Positions 1-8,945 of a stretch of DNA of 64,000 nt are shown here, in pieces (the first letter of the stretch is position 1; the number at the start of each line of letters is the position of its first letter). The notes beneath the pieces were generated by a model. The model had not been told where the DNA came from, did not search any database, and saw only the letters and a list, made by a program, of their open reading frames with translations. The stretch is from a virus (taxonomy: Duplodnaviria; Caudoviricetes), in the IMG/VR virus record IMGVR_UViG_3300035505_000270, positions 9,252-73,251 of that record. The stretch is one strand, 5' to 3'. A program made the translations under genes and the position numbers.

Positions 1-1
1 G

Positions 2-376
2 CCTAGAGTTCTTAGTATGTTAATATGGCAGACATGGTTTCAAAAGCCACTTAAAGCTTTATGTGCAAATGTACTAGGTACTAATGAAAAGACTGGCATC
101 TATAAAATAACCAATGTTGAGACGGGCGAGTGCTACATCGGTCAGGCAACGAATACCGCGTCTAGGTGGACAGACCATGCTAAGTGCGGATTGGGCATCG
201 ATACCCCCGCAAATAATAAACTATATAAAGCCATGCAAGAGTATGGTTTATGGTCTTTTTCTTGGGAGCTATTAGAAGAGTGCCCAAGAGAGCAATTAAA
301 TGAAAAAGAAAAATATTATATTGGGTTGTATGATAGTTATAATTTTGGCTATAATTCAACTATAGGGAATAAATAA
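2..376 (+). CDS. GIY-YIG domain protein, 5' truncated by window edge
   Basis: Frame is open from base 2 (PRVLSMLIWQTW...). GIYKITN-x-ECYIGQ, RWxxH and LNEKEKYYI are GIY-YIG motifs. Confidence 0.8.
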   Translation, partial: PRVLSMLIWQTWFQKPLKALCANVLGTNEKTGIYKITNVETGECYIGQATNTASRWTDHAKCGLGIDTPANNKLYKAMQEYGLWSFSWELLEECPREQLNEKEKYYIGLYDSYNFGYNSTIGNK

Positions 377-377
377 A

Positions 378-1052
378 ATGGGAAAAGTAATTATACAAGT
401 AGACACAACAAGACATCCTCTCCAATTAATGGGAAAAGAAGCGGGAGTTTGTTGGGGCGCAGATAGTTCAGATAAAGATAAAAATTACAAGCGCGGACTT
501 AGCTGTTTAGAAAGCGGTCATGGGCGCGTAAGCGAGTTCCCGCAAGTGTATTTAATTTTAAAAGGATATTCCACAAGGGTTATCCGCGAATTGTATACAC
601 ACATAGGCGGAGCACCTACTAGACTACAAGCAAGCACAAGATATCTTGATTATAGTGCTTTTGATTATATCATTCCATCTTCTATTGAGAATAATGATGA
701 AGCAAAAGAAATTTATCAAGATTGCATGGAGCAAATCCAGCGCTCTAGTGTTTTACTTAATAGTATTGGTATACCTAGGGAGGATGTAGCAAATCTTTTG
801 CCTCTTGGTATGACAACAGATGTTGTGATTAGAACTAACCTCCGCCAGTTGATAGATATGTCTCACCAAAGACTTTGTTCAAGAGCCTATTGGGAATTTC
901 GTCAATTAATGAATGATATAATCAACGCATTAAAAGAATATTCTGATGAATGGAAAGTAATTATTGAACAAGAGTTTAAACCTAAATGTGAATTATTTGG
1001 CTATTGTTCTGAGGCTAAGAGTTGTGGTAGAAAACCTAAAAAAGCTACATAA
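378..1052 (+). CDS. thyX: Flavin-dependent thymidylate synthase
   Basis: GHGRVSEF, RELYTH...QASTRY, EDVANLLP, TNLRQL and AYWEFR match the Thy1/ThyX pattern. Confidence 0.85.
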   Translation: MGKVIIQVDTTRHPLQLMGKEAGVCWGADSSDKDKNYKRGLSCLESGHGRVSEFPQVYLILKGYSTRVIRELYTHIGGAPTRLQASTRYLDYSAFDYIIPSSIENNDEAKEIYQDCMEQIQRSSVLLNSIGIPREDVANLLPLGMTTDVVIRTNLRQLIDMSHQRLCSRAYWEFRQLMNDIINALKEYSDEWKVIIEQEFKPKCELFGYCSEAKSCGRKPKKAT

Positions 1053-1061
1053 TAATTTTAT

Positions 1062-1090
1062 TTGATTTTTATAATTTTTTATGTTATAAT
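1062..1090 (+). promoter_or_regulatory. sigmaA/sigma70-like promoter with extended -10
   Basis: TTGATT-N17-TATAAT with TG at -15/-14. Confidence 0.75.
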
Positions 1091-1126
1091 ATAAGTATAA
1101 TAAATAAGGAATGGTAAAAATAAATT

Positions 1127-1498
1127 ATGACTAAAAAAGAAGCTTTTATTAAAATGGTAGAAGAATTACTTAACCCTCTTGACACTACAGAATTAGATAA
1201 AATGGCACTAGAGTATTTTGAAGAATTAAAAAATAGTGCTGCGCCAAAAGAAAAAGTTGAACTTACAGAGAGTGGTGCAAAGATATTAAAGTATATGCAA
1301 GAGAACGAAGCAAATAAGAGTTTTACTTCAAAAGAAATTGCGGAAGGTCTATTTACCTCTTCTCGTTCTGTATCTAGTTCAATGAGAAAATTAATTACTG
1401 AAGGTTTTGTTGAAAAACTTACATTAGAACCAATTACTTACGGTCTAACTGATAAGGGTACTACAAAAGATTTAAGTAATGTAAATATTGAAGAATAA
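1127..1498 (+). CDS. Winged helix-turn-helix DNA-binding protein
   Basis: ILKYMQE...FTSKEIAEGLFTSSRSVSSSMRKLITEGFVEK...YGLTDKG is a wHTH pattern. Confidence 0.7.
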   Translation: MTKKEAFIKMVEELLNPLDTTELDKMALEYFEELKNSAAPKEKVELTESGAKILKYMQENEANKSFTSKEIAEGLFTSSRSVSSSMRKLITEGFVEKLTLEPITYGLTDKGTTKDLSNVNIEE

Positions 1499-1522
1499 TG
1501 TATTTAAGGAGAAAATGTTTTT

Positions 1523-2470
1523 ATGAAGAAAATGATTAACGTAGAAAATATTATAGGTAGAGTTTATCAGCATGAATTAACAGTTAAGACAGTACAGAAT
1601 CAAGCTTCTTCAAATTATGGAAAAGAGTTTATTTCTGGTAATCTTGATATTGCGACAGATGAAGAAGGTTTAAATGTAGTACAGGTTCATTATACTTATG
1701 TTACACCAACTACAAGTAAAGGTGCCGTAAATCAAACTTTCAATGCTTTGAAGAAAATTATTAGTGAAAATAAGACTTGGCTTGAAGTAGGTAAGGATGA
1801 AGCTATTAAAGTTAAAGCTACTCCTTCAATAGATTTAAATGATTTTTATAATAACAACAATGAATTAGTTTCTGCAAAAAGAAATGAAGGTGGCTTCCTT
1901 AATATTGTATCTGACTTAGGAGAGGAAAATAAAAGAAATGAATTTTCTGCAGATATGCTTATTACTTCTGTAAAAACAGTAGAAGCTAATGAAGAAAAAA
2001 ATATTAAAGAAGATTATGTAGTTATTCGTGGTGCTATCTTTAATTTTAAAAAAGCACTTCTTCCAGTAGAATTTACAGTTAGAAATAAAGCTGGTATGAA
2101 TTATTTTGAAAATGCGGGTATCTCTCCTTCAGAACCAATGTTTACTAAGGTATGGGGTAAGATCAATTCCACCACTACTTATATTACAAAGGAAGAAGAT
2201 TCTGCTTTTGGAGAACCTTCAGTTCAGAAGTATCCTAAGAAAACCAAGGAATGGGAAGTAACGGGTTCACCAAGAGTTACTTATGATTATGGTGATGAAA
2301 GTGTACTTACCGCTGATGAAGTGACAAAAGCTATGCAGGATAGAGAAGTTTACCTCGCAGAGGTAAAAAAGAAGGCAGAAGAGTGGAAAGCTCAGGTTGC
2401 AGCAGGCGGTTCTAGTTCTGCGTCAACAGTAACTCCTTCTCAGGTTGCAGCAGGTGGATTTAACTTTTAA
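1523..2470 (+). CDS. Putative single-stranded DNA-binding protein
   Basis: Beta-rich 315 aa protein with a flexible Gly/Ser tail ending in aromatic GGFNF. It lies next to the recombination ATPase in the replication module. Confidence 0.5.
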   Translation: MKKMINVENIIGRVYQHELTVKTVQNQASSNYGKEFISGNLDIATDEEGLNVVQVHYTYVTPTTSKGAVNQTFNALKKIISENKTWLEVGKDEAIKVKATPSIDLNDFYNNNNELVSAKRNEGGFLNIVSDLGEENKRNEFSADMLITSVKTVEANEEKNIKEDYVVIRGAIFNFKKALLPVEFTVRNKAGMNYFENAGISPSEPMFTKVWGKINSTTTYITKEEDSAFGEPSVQKYPKKTKEWEVTGSPRVTYDYGDESVLTADEVTKAMQDREVYLAEVKKKAEEWKAQVAAGGSSSASTVTPSQVAAGGFNF

Positions 2471-2530
2471 TAAATTATAAAGGGGTAACTCCCTTATAAT
2501 AATTAAATTTTAAAATAAGGAGAATTAAAC

Positions 2531-3562
2531 ATGGCTATAGATATTTTTAATGCCCCCCATTCTGTAATCGCTAATGGATTAGAAGGAAAAGTTATTTTAA
2601 TATATGGAGGCAATAACTTAGGAAAATCTTATCAAGCAACTCGTTTTGAGAAACCTTTTGTTGTTGCTTGTGAAATGGGATTAAATGGTATTGATGGTAT
2701 ACCTTATGCTCCAATAACAAGATGGTCTGATTTTAAAAGCGTTATTAAGCAGTTTACAGATCCTAGGTCTAAAGATAAAGCTAAGGAAATGTATCATACT
2801 ATTATTATAGATGAAGTTTATGCTTCTTCAATTTATTGTCAAGATTATGTTTGCTCTACGTATGGAGATGGAGCTTTAACTATGGCAGATGGAGATAGTA
2901 AACATAATCTTTATCAATTATATGAAAAAGAGTATTTTCGTCAAATAAATTTACTGGTTAGCGCAGGTTACACAGTTGTTTTTATTGCACACGAACAGGT
3001 TAATACACAAACAGGTTTTATATCTCCTAAAGGAGATAAACGATGCATGAATCCTATTATTGATAAGTGCGATTATGTAGTGTATTTAAAAAGCAATGGC
3101 GTTGATTCAGAAGGAAGAGTTATAAAATCTTCTGGATATTTGGCTCAGACAAAAGAATTTTTTGCAAGAGCTAGAATAGAATATACGCCTACTTTTATTA
3201 AAGAATTTACAGCTGAGAATTTAGCACAAGCTATTCAAACTGGTATTGACAAAAAGAAAGAAAATGACAATGTTGTTATTGCTACTTTTGCAGAACAACA
3301 AAAATTAAATACTGTTGCAGAATTAGATTTTAATAGTTTAAAAGAAGAATTTGATAGTTTAATAGGCTCAATTCCAGGTTCTAGTGATGGAACTGAAGCA
3401 GAACAAGAACACTTTGGAAAATTTTGGGCACCTAAAATTGTTCAGCTTACAGATAAATATCTTGGAAAGGGTAAAAAAGTAGGAGAATGTAATTCAAATC
3501 AGGTTGAAGCACTCTCTCTTATTGTAGAGGAATTAAAAGAAATTATTAAATTAAATTCATAA
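2531..3562 (+). CDS. AAA-family ATPase (Sak4/AAA_24-like recombination protein)
   Basis: Walker A GGNNLGKS, Walker B IIIDEV, VVFIAHE. Confidence 0.7.
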   Translation: MAIDIFNAPHSVIANGLEGKVILIYGGNNLGKSYQATRFEKPFVVACEMGLNGIDGIPYAPITRWSDFKSVIKQFTDPRSKDKAKEMYHTIIIDEVYASSIYCQDYVCSTYGDGALTMADGDSKHNLYQLYEKEYFRQINLLVSAGYTVVFIAHEQVNTQTGFISPKGDKRCMNPIIDKCDYVVYLKSNGVDSEGRVIKSSGYLAQTKEFFARARIEYTPTFIKEFTAENLAQAIQTGIDKKKENDNVVIATFAEQQKLNTVAELDFNSLKEEFDSLIGSIPGSSDGTEAEQEHFGKFWAPKIVQLTDKYLGKGKKVGECNSNQVEALSLIVEELKEIIKLNS

Positions 3563-3567
3563 TATTG

Positions 3568-3602
3568 TTGGGCAAGGACGTAAAAGTCTTTGTCCAATTT
3601 TT
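3568..3602 (+). terminator. Rho-independent terminator
   Basis: TTGGGCAAGGAC-GTAAAA-GTCTTTGTCCAA stem followed by TTTTT. Confidence 0.7.
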
Positions 3603-3613
3603 AATTATATAGT

Positions 3614-3642
3614 TTGACTTTTAATAAAATTTATGTTATAAT
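3614..3642 (+). promoter_or_regulatory. sigmaA-like promoter
   Basis: TTGACT-N17-TATAAT with extended -10 TG. Confidence 0.8.
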
Positions 3643-3670
3643 ATATATAGAAATTAAAAAGAGGTGTAAT

Positions 3671-4195
3671 ATGGCAACAGCACATTATGTAATCTGTCCT
3701 TATTGCGGTGAGAAGTTTAACCGAGATAAGGAGCCTACAACACAGGTTTCCGCACGTAGATATGCACATAAAAAATGTGCAGAAGAACATGAAAAAAATA
3801 AAAGTCAAGAAGAAAAAGACTTAGAAGCATTAGAAAAATATATCAAGAATTTATTTGATGAAGAATATGTAAATGCAAGAGTGCGGAAGCAATTAAAAGA
3901 ATATAAAGAACAATATAATTTTACGTATAGTGGAATATTAAAAACTTTAATTTATTGGTATGAGGTAAAAGGCAATTCAATAGAGAAAGCTAATGGCGGA
4001 CTGGGGATCGTACCTTATATCTATCAACAAGCTTGCCAATACTATTATGCTTTATATTTAGCGAAATTAGCAAATGAAAATAAAGATATTCAAAACTATC
4101 ATACTAAAGTTAAGGAAGTGGAAATTCCACCTCCGCAACCAAAATTATTTAAAATAAAATTATTTAACTTAGAGGAAGAGGAAGATAATGTCTAA
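3671..4195 (+). CDS. Zn-finger protein, possible helicase loader/replication protein
   Basis: ATG at 3671 follows a GAGGTG RBS. CPYC...HxxC motif. Overlaps the dnaB start. Confidence 0.45.
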   Translation: MATAHYVICPYCGEKFNRDKEPTTQVSARRYAHKKCAEEHEKNKSQEEKDLEALEKYIKNLFDEEYVNARVRKQLKEYKEQYNFTYSGILKTLIYWYEVKGNSIEKANGGLGIVPYIYQQACQYYYALYLAKLANENKDIQNYHTKVKEVEIPPPQPKLFKIKLFNLEEEEDNV

Positions 4196-6842
4196 ATATA
4201 TAGATACAACAGCAATAATAAATGTAATAGGCTCAATTTTTCTTAATCCTTTACTATTGGATAATGAAAAATATAATTTTTATGAAGAAGATTTTCCGCA
4301 AGAGTTTCATAAAATTATTTTTGGTTCTATTTATAATTTACATAATCTTGGGGCTAAAGAAATTACTATTAGCACAATAGAAGATTACTTAGAGCAACGC
4401 CCAAAAAAGATGGCAATTTATAAAGCGAACAAAGGAACTGAATATTTAAATAAACTTGCGGAAGTTACTCAATTAGCTACTTTTGATTATTATTATAGTC
4501 GAATGAAGAAAATGACTTTATTTAGAATGTATCAAAAAATAGGTTTAGACCTCTCTTGGTTGTATGATAATGATAACATTTTAGATACTAAAAAGAAGCA
4601 AACTCAAGAAGAATGGCTAGATAATACTTCATTAGAACAGATTGCGGAAACCATAGATTCTAAGATATCTGCTATTAAAATGAAATATGCAGATGATTAT
4701 AATGAACAATCTGCGCAAGCTGGTGAAAATGTATTAGAGTTAATAGAATCTTTTAAAAAGAATCCAGAGTATGGATATCCAATGTTTGGTCCTCTTATTA
4801 ATACTATCACGCGCGGGGCTCGGTTAAAAAAGTTCTACCTACGTTCGGCCCCCTCGGGCCTCGGCAAAACGAGAGCAATGATAGCGGACGCGTGTAACTT
4901 TGCCTGCAGTGAGTTATATGATTATAAAGAACATAAATGGGTAGAGAATGGTTCTAAAGAACCTACTTTATATATTACAACAGAACAAGAGATAAATGAA
5001 ATTCAAACTATGATGATAGCTTTTATATCAGATGTAGATGAAGAGCATATTTTGACGGGAGAATATTATGAAGGAGAATGGGAGCGCGTGGTAAAAGCTT
5101 CTAATATCTTGCAAAAATCTCCCATTTATATTCAAGAGTTACATGATTTTTCTTTGCAAGATATTGAGAATACATTAAAACGTGGGATTCATGAGCATGG
5201 TGTGCGTTACTTGTGTTTGGATTATCTGCACACAAGTATGAAAATTCTTTCAGAAATATCCTCCAAATCAAAGGTATCCGGTCTCCGCGAGGATAATATT
5301 TTATTTTTAATTAGTGTTAGACTTAAAGATTTAGCTAATGATTATGGAGTGTTTATTCTCTCTTCTACGCAGTTAAATGGTAGGAAAAAGTAACTGCCAA
5401 TAAAACCTTATCCTAGAACTCACTAGGGGTATTTAATAAATTTTTGGACAAAGTTTATTAAATGCTAACGGGGAACTTTAAAGTATATTGTACAGTAAAT
5501 AACTAAATGCAATTTACCATGAGAATCCCGTGTGATGCAATCCATTCGATTTATTATGATATTTTGCATTGTCATAATAAGGAGAAAAATATGATTGGAA
5601 TTTATTTAATAACAAATAATGTAAATGGTAAAGTTTACGTGGGACAAAGTATTAATATTGAAAGAAGATATTCAGAGCATTTAAGATCTGGACAGCCTGA
5701 AAAATATTCTTTAAAAAATAAAAGAGATATTAATACTCCAATACACTTAGCAATGCAGAAATATGGTATAAGTAATTTTTCTTTAAGTATTTTAGAAGAG
5801 TGCTTAAAAGAAGAGTTAGATGATAAAGAAAGATTTTGGATTCATTATTATAATTCAACAAATAAAGAAAAAGGCTATAATATAGGTTTGGGCGGACAAG
5901 AAAGTTTTGCATTAAAAGGAGAAAATCACAGCCAAGCAAAACTTAATCAAAAAGAAGTTAATGAAATAAAAAAACTTTTAAAAGAAACTGATTTAACCCT
6001 AACCGAAATAAATGATAAATTTCCTTTTGTTTCAAAGTCTACTTTATCAATGATTAATCAAGGTAAAATTTGGTCCGAAGAAAATGAGTCATATCCAATA
6101 AGAATTATGTCAGTTGGAATAAAAGGCTCAAAAAATAAAAAAGCTAAATTTACTGATGAGCAAGTTATGGAAATAAGAAAAAAGTATGCAGAAGGTCAAA
6201 CTCCAAATCAACTTTATCCGCAATATAATCACATTGCTACCAATTCTGCTATAAAAGCTATAATTTATGGAGAATCATATAAAAATTTGCCAATTTATAA
6301 AAAGTCAATCAAAAAATGGATTGAGCCATGTATCGACTATCCCCAAAGTCTGAAACAAGCTGGGGAGTAGGGACGCTAGCTGAGATGCGTCTGCATTTTA
6401 GGAAACGAAGTGCATGAGAACCGAAATAGGTTTTAAGTTATAAAAAATTTTATAACTTTAAGAGATAGTCAGTTCCTTATAGAAATGTAAGGATTAAACG
6501 AGTTGGAAGGAAGAGAAAATTCCGGATCAAAACTTGCTTAGAGGCGCCAAAGCAATTGCAGACAAAATTGATATAGGGGCCATTATGCTGAAAGCCACAA
6601 GCGAAGATATAGAATCACTTCAACCAATCCTTGATAGTAAAACTTTTGAAGTTCCCGATATGAAAATATCAATTTATAAAAATAGACGAGGAAAATATAA
6701 TAACCTTTTCTTATGGTGCAAAAGTAATAAAGGTACTTGTAAAATTATTCCTTTATTTGCCACTGATTACAATTATGAATTTATTGAAATGGAAGATACA
6801 AAAATAAATATAAAACCCGCAATTCAAGCAAGTGCTTTTTAA
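4188..6842 (+). CDS. dnaB: Replicative DNA helicase, split by a group I intron (exons 4188-5381 and 6501-6842; 511 aa spliced)
   Basis: Walker A APSGLGKT and CLDYLH. The spliced junction reads SSTQLNG|SWKEEKIPDQNLLRGAKAIADKID in frame. Confidence 0.9.
5382..6500 (+). mobile_element. Group I intron in dnaB (1119 nt)
   Basis: Exon ends in U. P1 is TGGTAG/CTGCCA with a U.G pair. P10 pairs exon-2 AGTT with AACT. P7 is GACTAT(6335)/ATAGTC(6465). Intron ends in G6500. Confidence 0.9.
5591..6370 (+). CDS. Intron-encoded GIY-YIG homing endonuclease
   Basis: AGGAG RBS, then MIGIYLITN...VYVGQS. C-terminal NUMOD/HTH-like repeats (GENHSQAKL, GSKNKKAKFT). The ORF end overlaps the intron P7 region. Confidence 0.85.
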   Translation: MIGIYLITNNVNGKVYVGQSINIERRYSEHLRSGQPEKYSLKNKRDINTPIHLAMQKYGISNFSLSILEECLKEELDDKERFWIHYYNSTNKEKGYNIGLGGQESFALKGENHSQAKLNQKEVNEIKKLLKETDLTLTEINDKFPFVSKSTLSMINQGKIWSEENESYPIRIMSVGIKGSKNKKAKFTDEQVMEIRKKYAEGQTPNQLYPQYNHIATNSAIKAIIYGESYKNLPIYKKSIKKWIEPCIDYPQSLKQAGE

Positions 6843-6852
6843 GGAGGAAACT

Positions 6853-7413
6853 ATGGCATTAAATGTAGGATATTTAACTGCTAAAACAGATAAAGCTTCA
6901 GATGAAGTATACACTCCGCAATATGCAGTTACACCTTTAATAAAACATTTAGATAATTGGTTACATGATGCTAATATTCTAAGTAGAAAGGATATAACTA
7001 TTTGGTGTCCTTTTGATGAAGAAGATAGCTGGTATGTAAAAACATTTAAAGAGGCTGGATATAACGTAATAGCTACGCATATTAATAATGGACAAAATTT
7101 CTTTGAATATGAGCCGGAACATTATGATGTTATTATTTCTAATCCACCTTTTAGTATTAAAGATGATATTTTAAAAAGATTAGATGAATTACATAAGCCT
7201 TATGCGATGCTATTGCCTTTACCTACTTTACAAGGACAAAAGCGATTTGATTATATAAAAGATTGTGAAGTATTAATTTTTGATAAAAGAATTAATTTTT
7301 ATAAAGACAAAGAAATGAAAGAGGTTCAAAAAGGAGTTAGTTTTGCAAGTATTTATATTTGCAAAAATTTTCTTTTTAACACATTAATTTTTGAGAAGCT
7401 AGAAGTAAAATGA
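6853..7413 (+). CDS. Putative N6-adenine DNA methyltransferase (small phage type)
   Basis: DEVYTP, IWCPFD and the catalytic ISNPPFS motif. ATG at 6853 follows AGGAGG. Confidence 0.7.
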   Translation: MALNVGYLTAKTDKASDEVYTPQYAVTPLIKHLDNWLHDANILSRKDITIWCPFDEEDSWYVKTFKEAGYNVIATHINNGQNFFEYEPEHYDVIISNPPFSIKDDILKRLDELHKPYAMLLPLPTLQGQKRFDYIKDCEVLIFDKRINFYKDKEMKEVQKGVSFASIYICKNFLFNTLIFEKLEVK

Positions 7414-8501
7414 AAATAGACAAAGATAAATTAAAAGAAGAATTAACAATAGAACAAATACATGATTTAGTGGCGGAATTGGGCGGGAACCCGCAACCTA
7501 TTAAAGAAAATTATTTCATATCTCAAACGATATGTCATAATAAACCAGGTGAGGGTTCTTATAAGCTTTATTACTACAACAATACACACCTGTTCCGGTG
7601 CTTCACATCATGCGGCGAAACATTTGATATTTTTAGTTTAGTGCAAAAACAAAAATCTATTCAAGAAAATATTGAATGGCCTTTACCAAAAGCTATTGCC
7701 TATGTAGCTTCATATTTTGGTTATGATTTTAATGTTTTTGAACCTTTTGAAGAAGTATCTCTTGAAGATTGGAATTACTTTAAGAACTATAGTAAAATTC
7801 AAGAATCTCAAAATAATGACCAGAAAATAGAGTTAAAATTTTATAATGATAGGATACTTAATTTTTTGCCAAAGCCCAGGATATTACCCTGGGAACAAGA
7901 GGGTATTTCTACAGAAATAATAAAACGTAGAGGGATTTCTTATGATCCCGTTAATGAAGGTATAGTAATTCCGCATTATGATATAAATAATAACTTAGTT
8001 GGAATTAGAGAGCGAACTCTAATAAAAGAAAATGAACAATGGGGTAAGTATCTCCCAGCCAAGCTTAACGGGACACTATACCGCCACCCGCTTTCTTTTA
8101 ATTTATATAATTTAAATAATAGTAAAGATAATATTAAGCTTATTAAAAAAGCTATTATTTTTGAGTCAGAAAAATCAACAATGCTTTATGCGAGTTACTT
8201 TGGAGAGGAAAATGATATTACAGTTGCTTGCTGCGGACAGACAATAATCAGTTATCAACTAGGATTATTAAAATCTGTAGGCGCAGAAGAAATTATTATT
8301 GCTTTTGATAGAGAGGGCGAAAAAGATGATAAAAAGCAATATGTTCAAAAATTTTATAACTATCAGAAAAAATATGGTGCTTTATATAATTTAAGCTTCG
8401 TTTATGATAAAAAAGGAGAATATTTAGACTATAAAGATGCTCCCATTGACAAAGGTAAAGATGTGTTTTTAAAATTATTTAAAGAAAGGATATATTTGTA
8501 A
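7410..8501 (+). CDS. DNA primase (Zn-binding domain + TOPRIM)
   Basis: ICHN...CFTSC zinc site; IFESEKS and IIIAFD TOPRIM motifs. Confidence 0.85.
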   Translation: MKIDKDKLKEELTIEQIHDLVAELGGNPQPIKENYFISQTICHNKPGEGSYKLYYYNNTHLFRCFTSCGETFDIFSLVQKQKSIQENIEWPLPKAIAYVASYFGYDFNVFEPFEEVSLEDWNYFKNYSKIQESQNNDQKIELKFYNDRILNFLPKPRILPWEQEGISTEIIKRRGISYDPVNEGIVIPHYDINNNLVGIRERTLIKENEQWGKYLPAKLNGTLYRHPLSFNLYNLNNSKDNIKLIKKAIIFESEKSTMLYASYFGEENDITVACCGQTIISYQLGLLKSVGAEEIIIAFDREGEKDDKKQYVQKFYNYQKKYGALYNLSFVYDKKGEYLDYKDAPIDKGKDVFLKLFKERIYL

Positions 8502-8502
8502 T

Positions 8503-8739
8503 ATGTTAGTTCAAGATTTTACAACAATTGATATTAAGAAACTTGATAAAGAAATTGATGAATTTAAAACTAAATATAATCGTTTACCTAAATATTTAGT
8601 TATGAGTAAAGATATGAGCACAGACTTGGTGCTAAAGACATTTAATAATTTTGATGGTATAGCAATAAAACGATATAAAGGTATTCCTGTTGCTATTTGT
8701 GATTGCGTTTCATATGGAACAGTAGATTTTATAGAATAA
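8503..8739 (+). CDS. Hypothetical protein
   Basis: 78 aa ORF tightly packed in the operon. Confidence 0.6.
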   Translation: MLVQDFTTIDIKKLDKEIDEFKTKYNRLPKYLVMSKDMSTDLVLKTFNNFDGIAIKRYKGIPVAICDCVSYGTVDFIE

Positions 8740-8756
8740 TTTAAGGTAAAATAAAT

Positions 8757-8945
8757 ATGATAACAATTATTAAAAGAGGAACAAAACATCAAATAACTTG
8801 TAATTCATGTGGAGCGGTGCTAACATATGAAGATGAGGATATTCTCCGAACTAGAACTATAGTTTGTATGGATATTATCAATGATGTAAAATATATTATT
8901 TGTCCTCAATGCAACCAAGAAATACATTTGGAGATAAGTAAATGA
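8757..8945 (+). CDS. Small Zn-ribbon protein
   Basis: CNSC...CPQC; stop overlaps the recJ start. Confidence 0.6.
   Translation: MITIIKRGTKHQITCNSCGAVLTYEDEDILRTRTIVCMDIINDVKYIICPQCNQEIHLEISK

Noticed and set aside
2391-2454. 16-nt direct repeat CTCAGGTTGCAGCAGG in the SSB-like gene tail
   Set aside because: Only two copies, in frame (QVAAGG twice). This is a local coding duplication, not a CRISPR or att site.
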